The notes under the pieces were generated by a model. The model had not been told where the DNA came from, searched no databases, and worked only from the letters and a program-made list of their open reading frames with translations. 64,000 bases of DNA, from the NCBI GenBank assembly GCA_965153285.1, contig OZ229118.1. One strand, given 5' to 3'. Made by a program: the position numbers and the translations under genes. This document shows, piece after piece, positions 11,851 through 24,529 of the stretch; the stretch's first letter is position 1, and every line of letters starts with the position of its first letter. Origin of the DNA: Podarcis tiliguerta (Eukaryota).

Positions 11851-13538
11851 GTTCAAATGCATGGCTCATATCCACCAGAAGCCATGCAATTCAGTATTGT
11901 GGGTGCAATCTTATTGGACTCCCTTCCAATTGATGTCTGAGATGTCACCTTCGTGTTGAACTTCCAACACCTCCTGAAGACTTTCTGATTTTATGGTTTC
12001 AAATCATTTTACATTTCATTATACAGAGGCTTTTTTACACTGCTTAGAGACAACTGTAATTAAGCAATATATAAATTGATATTACTATTATTTTAGCATC
12101 TTAACTGGGTCCTGAATAATTAGAATGCTTACTTGTGAAATTTAAAAACTCCTTTGAGCCTCCCATGCTGTTTGTGTGGATATGCACCTGGTATCATGGG
12201 AGATAAAAAGTGCAAGAGAGCCAAATTTATACCAATTGGATTATGACTAAAGTGGGTTTTACATTTGAGTTACAGACACAAGTAATGGAAAACAATCTAA
12301 GTGTGCATAAGGACAATCTCTATTCACTTATTGTCAAATTGGTAGAAGCAATATTGAGCCATACTTCCGAACTAATACAAAAGAAACCTTTCTTTCTTTA
12401 GAAATACAAAGGATGATACTTTCTCCCAGAAGCAAAAGGTTAAAAGGTTTTTCTCTAACTTCTTCACATCTGTACATTCTGTAACCTCTTCACAAGGCGA
12501 ACAAACATATCCAAGAGGTTAAAGAAAATAAGCAGACAGAAAGAACGAGGTTTTCTACCTTACTCGCAGAGATTTGTTTGTTTTCTCTGTTATAGAAAAA
12601 GACTTTTTTCCATTTTTGATGGGGGAGTCCCCCCCCCATACGATACAAACCACTGGATATGTTTTGACTTATTTTGTACCTTACCATCAGGGAAAGTAAC
12701 AACAGCTAAACATTATTACTAGGTTAAAAAGGTGGCGGTGGCAGTCGAGGAGCTAAAGAACTCAACTAATTGGTGGATTATAGAATCTTCAAAGAGAATT
12801 AAGAAATATGGTCAGGGCATATAACACTCTGATCAGAGAGTCCCTAAGCGCTTGGCTGTCCATCACAATGAACTAAAATTGCTGGATCCCAGTGCCTTGT
12901 GTTCTGCAAGCAGCATCTGATATTCTCCATGACCAGATATAGGCTACCAAGCCAGATAAACCACTAATCAAATCTAGGAAAGCTGCCACTGTTCTTGTGT
13001 AGGCACAGTGTCCACACAAAACTCCACACTGTCATTTCTAATGATGTGCTGCTGTAGTGATAGAAATATATAACTCAAGGTGAGCAGCATTTTGAGTGTT
13101 TGGGCTTTGTTGAGGTGCATAGCAGGATATACAGTGAATGAATTAAATAAATAAATAAAAACAAGTGCCTCTTCTTCTTTTCCAGGAAAGTGACAGCTAA
13201 GTATTTAAAGTGATAAAAACATCAGAGCTCAACCCTGTCATTCTAATCTCATTCCATATTTCCGAAGAGCTTTACTTTGGCTAAATCCCATTTCCACAGA
13301 TTACCACGACACAAAACTTCTCCTGTGATATAAAGCTCTCAAACAGAATGAGGTGGACAAGAGGAAGGGAAGAGTCTATTGCTGCTGTGATCATTTGTTC
13401 AAGGCGGTTTTTTTTACAAGTTCTTTTAAATGGAGCAAAGGAAGAGGAGGAAAGGATGTCTGTCTTTGGTGTCAGCAGAAGAAGGAAGGATGCTGCAAAG
13501 TCACTGCTAGGTTTTCTGTTTCAAAAGAAGGAAAGGGA

Positions 13539-14281
13539 CAACAGCCATAAAAGAAATATGCCAAATAACCAAGCAAGTATTAGAAATCACCCCAGAACTG
13601 GTGCTACTAAACTTCTTCCAAGACAATAATGCGCACTCACATCACAAAGAACTCATAACCCACCTACTCTCAGCAGCCAGAAACATCATAACCAGACACC
13701 GGAGAGACCTGTCAGGAGTAAGCATGGACCAAAGGTACCAAATAGTATGGGAAACAGTCTTACTAGAAAAATTAACCAATAAACTGAAACTGACACGGGG
13801 ACAAATAGAAGAAGACGCCTTCACCTCAGTAAGGCCCCCCTTTATCACATACACAGCCCAACAAAACGACAAGAATCTACCAACAACATAGGAATCAATA
13901 TGGCTAACCTAAACCAAAACACCCACACACCCCACTCACACATGAAAACAAAGTTCACCACAGCCAATCATAAACAAAAAAAACACACCCTAGGCCAACC
14001 CCAACCTCTCTCACCATCAAAGGAACACAAGTGAATAGCAAAGAGAACCTGCACAAGCGATGCTGATACAAAACCCAACACAGGCATTAAGTAAAATAGA
14101 AACATTGCCACCCAACCCCAACCCCATTCATCATTCCCTCCTCCACCTCTCTCTCCCTTTTCTTCCTAATGTAACACTAATGTCTCAACAAATGAAACTG
14201 ATCTGTAGAAAATGCAACTTGAAAAGAGACATTGCACATACTTTTGTAAACCAAGAAATCTTTAATAAAAATAAATTTAAA
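13539..14281 (+). mobile_element. 5'-truncated L1 LINE (ORF2 C-terminus, 3'UTR, A tail)
   Basis: ORF 13601..13891 (LLSAARNIITRH..VWETVLLEKLT..F...PFITY) matches the vertebrate L1 ORF2 C-terminus pattern. AATAAA and A-rich tail present. 16-bp TSD AAAAGAAG(G/C)AAAGGGA at 13523-13538 and 14282-14297. Confidence 0.88.
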
Positions 14282-15923
14282 AAAAGAAGCAAAGGGAAGA
14301 AACTCAGCATAGAACAAAAGCCATTTCATCAAATGCATTAAATTATATAATATTAACGTATATGGGAACATGTTGAAAAAATTTCAACATGTTTGAAATT
14401 TGCTTTATGTGGACTTCTCCAGACACTGCAAGCTACAGAGGAAGTCCTGTTAACAGCACCACAGCCCACAGATGTGAATCACCAAGACAAATGCAGCCAC
14501 CATTTGCAGTTGGGCAATGGTTGGAAGATCCTTCCAGTTTTATTTCCCAGTAAAAAAGGGGGCGGGGGAAGAGGGTGGGTGGCTGACCACAATACATGGT
14601 GTGTGGGCTATGTTTAGTTTTGTGGGTCACGCTGTGTCAGATTGATTTATAACTGTCTGCCAGATTCCACTCCAACATATTAAAACTGCCTAACAATCTT
14701 ACAAACCATGCTATTAAATAAAAATAAAGTTGACCAAACTGAGACAGCAGCAGTTGGGTTGAGAAGATGGATTTTTGGTTGACTATAGGAAGAGCCAGCA
14801 AGATCAGAGCAAACTCCTATCTATGCAGAAACTGTAGAGGAGCAGCTTCAAAATGCATTTAGCATAAAATTCATCCCACAGTCATCGCTTCTAAAAACAG
14901 TTGCTAGTAAATGTGGAGTTTTAAGCTAGGCACTTACATATGCATCAAACACTATAGCCCTGTGCAAATGACCAAATGTGGGGATAATCAATGTATGGAA
15001 GCAGGAGTGGGATTTACGCCCGCTGGCCCTGCTCCCAACTTCCATGCATCAGTTGGTTCTTCTGCAAAGAGGCTATATGTACCCAGGGATAATGTGTGTA
15101 TGTGCTATCTAGTACATAATGCAAGCACAGAACCTACTGTGCAAAAAAGCATATCAACTCATCAAGCCAACAAGCACCATGCCTCTTCCTTTGCATCAGC
15201 TGAATATTCCCACATTTAATTATCTGCACAGGGATCCTTTGCACATGCAATCAGCTGCTTCCATACAGTTCCCACCTTGGCAACTCAGCTTCATTTGATG
15301 GAAAAGCTCTCGTTTACAACATTAGCCCAGTTTACATACAGTGCAATTCTGTTTATTTTAGCTGACTGGAAGAGATCCAGGAAGTGCACAGAGCAAAACG
15401 AAGCGCTCCCAAGTGTCTTCTTGTTCTCAAATTATACATTTGACCTTATGAGTGGGGAGGCAAAAAAAAAAATCCCTTTGGGAAACCTTGAAGGTTGGTT
15501 AGAAGAAAATCCTAATTATCTGTGTTGGGTGACACACATCAACAGCTGAGGCAGTGAGTCCCAATCTCTCTTCATCCTGGCTTTAAGAGACACTTATCAC
15601 CCACATGAAACAGAAACAGAGAACATTGCAAGCTGAGCAGCTGCTCTGAGAGGCCAAAGGCTCATTAACCACGAAGCTGATTATGTTTTTCCCCAAGGTT
15701 TTTCCCCCTGTCTTAGAACTTTTTCAGTGTCTTGTCTTTACGAAATATTTTTAAAAACAGAAAATGCAGCAAATAACCAGACAAATTTGATTTATTATGA
15801 AGTCTTGGAATCAGAGGTTTTGCTGTAGGAATGATGACAACAATTCATCCCCATACAGTCCTGAGGATTTTCCAGTCCTCTGACCTGCAATATTAGGTTG
15901 AAAATCTTTCACGGCTTGGACTG

Positions 15924-15927
<4 letters not shown>

Positions 15928-15971
<44 letters not shown>
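15928..15971. repeat. (GA)n microsatellite
   Basis: Pure GA run, ~22 units. Confidence 0.97.
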
Positions 15972-15974
<3 letters not shown>

Positions 15975-16457
15975 TTTGCAGGAATAGCCATGATGGCTTC
16001 TCACTGGAACAGTGTTCAGACTAGCAAATTGACTCGTTCATGCAGACAACTCAGACTAAGATCTCTGGAGGTGAAATGTAATTAGTGAGGGAGAAAGGGA
16101 CTCTACTTTCCCCATAGTTAGGGTGAAGGCGGGGGAATAGCATTCGACCATGATAACCTCCAGAAAAACATATTCCTCATAAAACCAAAATGAAATTCTC
16201 CTACCATCAAAAAAAGTTGGCACTGATAAAGTCAGGTCAAGTATATTTTAAAAATGCATTAAAATATTCAGAAGGAAAGGATCAGAGAACATTGTTCCAT
16301 TGATAGAGCTGCAGTTTTCTTTTGACTCGACTTCAGACTACAATCCTTGACCCACTTGCCTAGAAGTGCATTTCACCTGGGTAAAATTGACCGCATTTCA
16401 CCCAAGTGTTTTCAGCACTAATAGTAAACTTTTACAGGTAACCAAGCAGAAAAGTTT

Positions 16458-17289
16458 TTGCGTGGACAGGCGGAGTCCCCAGGTCCCGAGCGGGCCCCCC
16501 CCCCGTCATGTGGAATAACAACTCAAGACAACGTGCTATGGGATTAAATTGGCCACAACTTTATTAAATTTCAAATGTGGGTAGACCTTGGCTCAGGCAT
16601 TGGGCGTTCTCCCTCCCCAGGCCGCAGCCGGGGACCTAGGGAGCATCAGGGTTATCCAGTGTGGGGGGGGGGATGGGCCGGAGAATATATGTTCAAGCAG
16701 AGATAGCCGCCCCCGTTACGACGCCGCCGCAGGGGAAAGCAATGACGACCTTTCGGCGTACGGTCAAAGCCTCCCTTCAGAAACCCCTTTAACGGGGAAC
16801 CCTGGTATCGCCTCTGCAAGAGGAAGATGGACAAAAGGATTCCGCCCAAGGCCTGATACTGCCAAAGTTGTGACGTTTTGCTACGGTAAAGGCGAAACCT
16901 GCCAATGCAGGGAAATTTCTTTCCGACCCTTTGACAGCGACCTTAACGTAGCAGCGCCCACATACCTGTAAGAAAAGTTAACCTGCAAATTAAGGCATTA
17001 GCTTAGGGTGGGTATGGTGGGAGGAGCTCTGGAGCCAAGTGAGGATTCCCAGGTAAGATCCTCCCTCTATTGTGTGGGCAGGTAATCCCTCCCCCACCTG
17101 GCCTGATCTCCTTGGCAACGCTTCTCCCAGGTGGGATTGGACAACTGACTGGGGTAGGCGGAGACCTCCAGGTATCCCACCTGAGGGAAGGCAAAGCCAA
17201 GCCTATGCTGAATGGAGCCGCTCCAGATCCAGGGGCTGCGCGCGTCCACGCAAAGGTCGCCCCCCGTTTTATGCGGGGAGCGGTCATTG
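16458..17289 (-). mobile_element. LTR-like solo terminal repeat, probably of a tyrosine-recombinase (DIRS/Ngaro-like) retroelement
   Basis: CpG-rich, so probably young. AATAAAGTTGTGGCC (16551-16565 rc). Only TTG is shared at the junctions (16458-16460, 17287-17289). An 11-bp inverted repeat (16457-16467 / 17244-17254) and a terminal hairpin (17255-17285) are present. Confidence 0.6.
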
Positions 17290-18320
17290 TATCTTGAGTT
17301 CCTCACCCTTGCCATCAGTTTTGGCCATTAATGTGTGAACTTATGTTTTCTGGATAAGAGTGTACAAAAACGTGCTGGAAGGATAAAGCCACATTGCCAA
17401 AAATGACCAGTGCAGTTAGTGGATATCACCTTCCACAGAAAAACCCATGTTTGTGGCTGGTTTATAGACTCATAAAGGCTCCAACCAAGTAAGAATGCCT
17501 TGAGGGCCCAACAACGCCATTAAAATAAATATTAGTTTTGCCATTGATTTCAGTTGGACGTGGACTGGAACCCAAATTATTATTTGAGTGTAAGGTCCGC
17601 TAGCCTTTACAACCTCATATACCTTTAATGTTGAATTAAATACATTCTCAGGGATGGAGCAGAATATTAAACCGACCTCTAACAACCTATCTGGGCATCC
17701 TGAGCTGAGCAGGACAAAGTTCAGGATTCAGCTGAGACCTAACTAAAATTTACAGTTTTGCCGAGTCTGTCATCTTGAACACATCATGACACACAGAAGC
17801 CAAGGAAAACAAATGAAGTTCATGTTTTACTGGGTCCCACATGCTGTGATATTTCCAAGCCTGCTAGCATCCAGCAAGAAACACTCAGAACTCTGGATTC
17901 AGAAAACAAATCCATAACAAGGATAGAGCAGAGAACAAAGTCAACTCAACAAGTCACTCCATGTGTTTTTCATTTACCTAAAGTCTGTAGGGGAAGTGAA
18001 TGTGGTATATAGTATGCGTGGTTCATATTTTGGAAACCTCCAAATCAATTCTCTCCCCCCACGTTCCCCACCCCATTTTATACCATTTGTTCATCATATC
18101 CATTCTCCTTCCACCTCAACCAACTTGTAACTCTTGTACATTGGGAAAGGAAAGACACAAAGTTGGGAGCGCACAGTAGTTTGGATTTAAAAATTCTGCC
18201 CACAGATATGTGTATGTCAAAATCAGAGAAGAAAACATGTTCTTCATTGTAATGGTTCTAGGGATTGCTCATGCATAAGTGGCCTTTACTCCTGGCTAGG
18301 TTGCATGGTTGAACCCTTTC

Positions 18321-18682
18321 TGTCAGGACAGCCTCAAGTTCCGTGGCTGCCTCAGTCGCTGGCAGAATCCATCAGTGGGCGTTTCTTAAACCGCTTCCAG
18401 CATAGAAGCTGTTTGGCGCCCAGTCTCCTCCCCCATTGCCTGCGCGAAAGTTTTCTGCGCAAGGTGGGTGTGGGCAACGAAGTACTCGTACCCTCTCCGC
18501 TGGTCTCCTGCGAAGAGTCCTGGAGCCACCTCTCCGATTCCTACATCTCCTCCCCTTTCCCACTGGTGTTACGCTGATTACCTTCCCCAGCGGATGGGCT
18601 ATTCCTCCTTCTACTAGGACCCTCTCCACCATCGTCCGGGAGCCTCCTATCCACCTCCCGCTCCCATGGCAGTTCCCTGACA
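18321..18682 (-). mobile_element. Short solo-LTR-like element (TGTCAGG...CCTGACA), probably Gypsy-type
   Basis: TG..CA ends with a 7-bp TIR. A CpG-rich 362-bp island in an AT-rich background. Only TTC matches on both flanks, so the TSD is unclear. Confidence 0.55.
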
Positions 18683-19572
18683 TTCATATATGCAGATTTC
18701 CCTTTCTCATTAATATTTTTAAGTTGGAACTAGTAAAGGACACAGGCATATTAAGATATCATGCAGTATATAACACGAGAAGTCAGAGAAGTGCAGGGAG
18801 TACTTTCCAATTCTACATGATTCTATGAATATACTGAGAGAGGTTCACCTTAGTGACCCACAATAACTCCCCAGATAGTTTACTGCAATGCATTATGCAG
18901 GGGTATCCTTTAAAGAACAGTCTGGGGGCTGCAACTAGTACAAAAACGAAAGAAGACCCAGTGTAGGGCATTCTCAGTGGTGGTACCCCAGGCACAGAAT
19001 TCCCTCCCAAATGGAATCTGGAATCTAGTAAATTCTTTACTATTACGGAGATACTTTTTGTTTATTTATTCAGACTGAGTTTTTTATGGTTTATTTTTAA
19101 AAAACAAAAACACCATATATACTGCAATATGTCATAGCACTGTTTTAAGTTGTTTTTTAATGTGATTTTTATCATCGTGAGTGACCTTGCACTCCCTCTG
19201 GGGAGGAAAGGAAGGTTATAAATTTGAAATAACAATAATAAATAGATAGTATAGATACTATATGCAAGTATAAAGTAGACACGTTAAAAGAATTCCAGTA
19301 TACATAGCTGACACATAGAGTGTTGAATTTGAGCGTTACAGGTAAGCTTTGGGTTTCTATCTGATGGACACTGACTCCCATCATCTCTTGATTGACGGGG
19401 CTGATAGGAACTGGACTTCCTCAATATAAGCAGGGCACTATCTTAGGCACCCTTGAAATAAGCAATCCCTGACCCATGATTGAGATTATTTAGAATGGAA
19501 TAGTTTTCCCCTCCTACATAAATCCTCTTAAGAATAAGCATGGAGTGCAATCAATTCCAAGTTTAGTTGACT

Positions 19573-19630
19573 GGCCACAATCCAGCGCATTGTTCATGTG
19601 GCCATCACTTAATTATGCTGGATCGTGGCC
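19573..19630. mobile_element. Tiny hairpin MITE (Harbinger-like, 3-bp TSD)
   Basis: GGCCACAATCCAGC / GCTGGATCGTGGCC inverted repeat (13/14) flanked by ACT on both sides. Confidence 0.55.
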
Positions 19631-20970
19631 ACTGTATTTCACTTAATTCAGCAAGCTGATCAGCTTTGGATTTAATGTATTATGGGATCTAGCACATAAA
19701 ACAAAGTGTCCTTCAGGGTGTTTTGCAATCAGTCATATAAGCTTCACTTCTACATTAAACCAAGCACAATGCATTTATTGGCATGCTGGTGGTGGGGAAA
19801 ACAGCTTTCTTTTCAGTTAAAAACATGCATTGTTTCAATGTCAAACACATTCTCGGGTGGCTTACTTTAGTTTGGGAAAGTCTGGATTTCTGGACTGGGT
19901 TAGGCCAATTGCTGGGGGGTTGCTGGGGATGCCTGCAAAAATGTCTCAAGTTTGCAAATATCTCCATGGGCTCAAAAAGAAGTTGGTGACCCCTGGCTTA
20001 TGTTGATGCTGTGAAGGGTGGATAGGGAAGGCAGTGAGAACAGAGCTTAGGTTTAGTTTTACTTGTTCCAAATAAGCTGGATCTTGGGGAAATGGAGTAA
20101 AGAGGAACACTCCAACCTAGCTCTCTCTAGTCTCCTAGGTGGCCGCATCCAAAACTATCCGGAACACTTGACAATTTCCCCAGCACTATATAATCATTCA
20201 GCAGGCCTTCCCATTCCCCACCCCCTGCACTGACTCCCTACATTTTCTATAGTTCAGGCTGTTGCTGTTATTAAGATGGGGCCAGGAACAAAGAGACTGC
20301 TGTTTGTGGCAAGGAGACGAGTGGGGACGGGGACACAGGGGTAAGAGGAGAAACTTCAGTCCTCTCACCATCTACAGCAAGGCAGTCCAACATGCGACCA
20401 AGGGCCGAATGCAGCCATTGAGGCCTTTTTTTGGCAGCCCTCAGCAGCATTTGATGCCCCCATGCAGCTCTTGAGCTGCCTTCCTAAAGCTGGGTAAGTG
20501 AAGTGCTGGGCTTTGGGAAGGTGGTGAGAAGGCTCTAGGACCCTGCCAGAGCCTTGCATGTCCTTCTCAAAGTGAGCATCTCACTTATCTGGCTTTGGGA
20601 AGGCAGCATGAGGGCTGGGGAGGGACATCAAATTTTGGCATCGCTCCCCCCCCCCCCCCGCCACCATCAAGCAACAAGACAGACTGCTAGTTTAGGGGAA
20701 CTTCAAAATCTATGCTGAGGTGACTGGTTCTGGGATGGTTCATGGCTGCCAAGAAAACTATGGGGCTGTCCCAACATGTCACAGGCCCAACACATGTGAC
20801 AGGCCACAGGGTAAGTGTACTAAATAAAAATGTAATAATAATTATAATAATAATAATATTAATTGTTGCAATAATAACAAAACTTTTTTGCTATTATTAT
20901 TTATTAAATTTATATCCCACCCTTTCTCTCATAGCAGCCAAGGGCAGAAAAACACACAAATGATATAACA

Positions 20971-21113
20971 ACTCAAGTCGGTAGATCATGAGACTCTTAA
21001 TCTGAGGTTATAGGTTCAAACCTCATGCTGAGCAAAAGGTCCCTGCATTGCAGTGAGTTGGAATAGAGGACCCTCGTGGTCCCTTCCAACTCTACAATCC
21101 TAGGACTCTATGA
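20971..21113 (+). mobile_element. tRNA-Lys-derived SINE with CR1-type 3' tail
   Basis: Head CTCAAGTCGGTAGATCATGAGACTCTTAATCT..GGTTCAAACC resembles tRNA-Lys(CTT). Tail GGTCCCTTCCAACTCTAC..CTATGA is a CR1 3' end. Confidence 0.8.
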
Positions 21114-21517
21114 TCTAAACACAATTCTATACACATTAATACAGATGTTATCAAGACAACTAGCAACTTAACGCTTATTTTACTTACTCAATCGTAGCTT
21201 TGTGCAGTTGGGTGGGAGGAAATAAATAAATAAATGGAGAGTGGAGGAAACCCATTCTCCGGTTACTTATTCCCCCCCCCCCCAAGTGTAAAGCTGTGAT
21301 CAATCTGAGCTTACCTGGCTTTAGGAAGGTGGTGCAAGGGCTCTGTCAGCATTCCAGAGCCCTTGTGCTGCCTCCTCAAAGTCATGTTATAGGGGCTTTG
21401 GGAAGGAAGCTAAGGGGCTCTAGTCCCACCTCCTTCCCAAACCCAGACAATCAACCCTTCACCTTGCAAGGGGCCCGGTTCCAGGGGTTCCTGGCTTCAC
21501 ACAATTTTGTATACAAC

Positions 21518-21883
21518 TGTTATGTACTGAGTTGAATAGGATCCAAAATGCAGCAGTCTGATTGGTCCTAGAACAATAGGATACAAAATGCAGCAATCTG
21601 ATTGGTCCTAGAAAAATAGGATTCAGAATGCAGCAGTCTGATTGGTCCTAGAACAATGCAGCAGTATGATTGGTCCACAGGAGCCACCCAATCCAGCTCC
21701 AGATGGAAGTGAATCCACAACCTGATTGGCCTACAGAAGTATCCTGGAATTAGCCAATCACGTGCAGCCCATTGTGAAAATAATGTATATAAAGCAGATA
21801 TTTTGGAGGAGCATTCATTCCTCCTCACCACTATGAGCTGAATAAAGAGCATGAAATCCACTCTTGACTCCGAGAATATTTCA
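21518..21883 (+). mobile_element. Solo LTR (366 bp)
   Basis: TG...CA ends and a perfect 5-bp TSD ACAAC (21513-21517, 21884-21888). Contains 40-bp tandem repeats, seven CCAAT/ATTGG boxes, TATATAAA at 21786 and AATAAA at 21841. Confidence 0.93.
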
Positions 21884-21934
21884 ACAACCCACCCTTTCTC
21901 AGAGGAGCTGGAGGCAGCATGCATAGTTCTTGCA

Positions 21935-22085
21935 CTCCCCATTTTATCCTTACAAGAGCCCTGTGAGGTAGTGTAGGCAAAGATACATTGACAGATCCAA
22001 GATGGTCCAGTATGTTTTGTGCCTGAGTGGGGATTATAACCATGGCATCCCAGATCCTACTCTAACACTCTACCCATTACACATC
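21935..22085 (-). mobile_element. Old tRNA/CORE-type SINE fragment
   Basis: ATCCTTACAAGAGCCCTGTGAGGTAG...CTCTAACACTCTACCCATTACAC pattern. Similar decayed copies at ~2830-2970 and ~55800-55985. Confidence 0.5.
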
Positions 22086-23887
22086 CAAAGAACAATTACT
22101 CACATGGAAACAAAGTTTAAAAATCTCATGAGGTAATGTATTGAATTAAAATGTAATATGTGAATCAACCGACAGAAAAGCATGAGAAGATGGCGGCTCT
22201 GGATATGAGCTCTCTCTTTGCAATATTTAGCTTGAACAATCAATATGTTATCTGGGAGCAAATGTATTAGATCAAGGGCACGAACCACCAGCCCTTGCAG
22301 GCCCTATCTGACAGCCCGTCAGTCCGTTTTCAATTTCCCACTGGTGATAATGACAACACAGCCACCGGCAGGAGGGAAGCCATGAATAGTCAAGCAGGGA
22401 TATTGTGCTTTTTTATCCTCATTGTGGATGAAAATTTAGATGCAGGGCTGAATAAATACTGAAAGAATGAGTGAAAGTTTACAGAGGAGCGGGGGAAGTA
22501 ATGTGAGAAGAGCAGGGATCACCATTTAAACAAGGGGAAATATTTCAGTGGACCCAACTGATTAAGATCACAGGCTTTACTTATCAAGACTTTCACTATA
22601 AAAAAAAATGTAATTCTGGCCCAATTATGGGCTATCACAAATCCATTGAGAAAAAACTTGAGTACGAGAAAGATTAAGTGAATGGATTTCTCCTGCTTCC
22701 CTGTCTGGCAGACTCTTTAATATCGGGTTTCAATATTTTGCTAAGTCTATCTTCCATATGTATCATAATGCCAGAATAAGGCAGAGAGACCTGCAGTTAT
22801 AAAGGAGATAGGTAAATTTTAGCAGGCCAGTGGGAACCAGACTCCCATCTATTAGAGTTTTGGTGATTAGGCATAGAGGAAATCCGAGCAATAATACATT
22901 GCTTCACAACATTCCCTACCGACAGGGGATCTTGCAAAAATGCAGGAGTGAGCTTTTCTTCTTTAAATAAGAACTCTTGTGAGCAATATGAACAACCAAC
23001 AAGCAGCTAAAAAAAAAAAAGCAAACTGTTGTTCCCATATGCAATTTATGTACATATATAAATTCAGTATTAAACATACCTACTCAAACATTCAGCCCTA
23101 ACTTACAAAGTCATAGTTTCCACATCATCACATCCCCAGCACAAGAGACTTGGTGACCCATCTTGGCCCGATACTAGGGAAAAATTCCTCTAGCTGCTAA
23201 CTATAATCTGAGTCTGGCACAGGGTTACACTGGCATTCAGAGCTACAAAGGGCTCTGCTGGAACACAGAAAGCTGCAATGAAGATTATTTTTGTATGTCT
23301 TGTAAGCAGAGCAAAGAAATAAATTGCAGTGGCCAGACACTACTAGCACTGTCGCATTTAACTTGAGCAATCAATGAGGAAGCCTGTGCCCCAAAACAAA
23401 TAACCACAGGAGGGCAATTAAAGGCATAACAAATAGAGACATCTTCCAAGAAATGTGGACCCCCTTTTAAACTATGTTAATGGCCAAAATCAAATCAAGA
23501 CCTTGTTATACCAACCGCTCAATATTCTCAGTCGAAAGGTTACATTAAGTAATATGCTTGAATGTTGACTGTATACGTTTATGTCTAGAGTCAATGGATT
23601 AAACAAACACTATTAGATGTACTGTTGGATAAGGGTTTAATGGTTCTTGTATTTGTTTAAAAACAAATTAAAAATTGAAGAAGAAAAAAGAAAAAAAAGA
23701 AAAAAACTATATAAATGAATTTAACCATACAAATGAATTTACATTTTGCCTACTCATGCTCACCAAATAAATACCTGCATGCTTTCAAGATGTGAGTGCT
23801 ACTGAAACTGGCTGGAGTTCATATATGTGTTAGAGAACATCAGTCTGAATCACAGACATTAGCTATACCACAACAGTGTACCTAGAA

Positions 23888-24131
23888 GAAAAAGAGTTTG
23901 GATTTGATATCCTGCTTTATCACTACCCTAAGGAGTCTCAAAGCGGCTAACAATTTCCTTTCCCTTCCTCCCCCACAACAAACACTCTGTGAGGTGAGTG
24001 GGGCTGAGAGACTTCAGAGAAGTGTGACTAGCCCAAGGTCACCCAACAGCTGCATGTGGATGAACGGGGACGTGAACCCGGTTCACCAGATTACGAGTCT
24101 ACCACTCTTAACCACTACACCACACTGGCTC
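23888..24131 (-). mobile_element. tRNA-derived SINE (Squam2/Anolis SINE2-like), full length
   Basis: Near-identical to 45125-45373 in reverse orientation, with A/B boxes. TSD CCTAGAA (23881-23887, 24132-24138). Confidence 0.88.
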
Positions 24132-24352
24132 CCTAGAAATGGAAATGCTTTGCAAATTTTATTTCTGGGAATATCAGCATTCTATGTTCCCTTGCTGTTC
24201 CTACTGGACCAAGCTCTGCTCCCCCTTTGTCTCCAAGGGCACAGAGGGCTTTGCATGTAGCAGAACAAAGGGCACAGAGGGGCCCTCCCCCATCATAGTT
24301 AAAGGCTGGGGAAACATCCATCTGAAAAATAGGTGGGGCCTACCGTCTTAGG

Positions 24353-24529
24353 AAACGGCATTTCCGTGCGCTGTTCTGGTTCGCCAGAAGCAGCTTAGTC
24401 ATGCTGGCCACACGACCTGGAAGCTGTCTGTGGACAAACGCTGGCTCCCTCGGCCTATAGAGCGAGATGAGCGCTGCAACCCTAGAGTTGTCCGCAACTG
24501 GACCTAATGGTCAGGGGTCCCTTTACCTT
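24353..24529 (+). mobile_element. Sauria SINE (Squam1), 5'-truncated
   Basis: Matches the 3' half of 35827-36197 and ends GGGGTCCCTTTACCTTT. 12-bp TSD TACC(G/A)TCTTAGG. Confidence 0.9.

Noticed and set aside
12420-12830. Possible ancient L1 ORF2 C-terminal remnant (KRLKKIS..TFFHF*WGSP)
   Set aside because: Similarity is too weak to support without an alignment.
20971-21035. tRNA-Lys-like gene
   Set aside because: The stems are degenerate and it is fused to a CR1 tail, so it is a SINE head. The same applies to the other tRNA-like heads.
21536-21680. 40-bp repeats superficially like a CRISPR array
   Set aside because: They are head-to-tail with no unique spacers, sit inside an LTR, and the DNA is eukaryotic.
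23483-23706. A-tailed insert with a loose flanking repeat (AAACTATGTTAATG / AAACTATATAAATG)
   Set aside because: Probably an L1 3'UTR fragment, but the TSD is only ~11/14 and there is no coding signal, so it is not called as a retrocopy.
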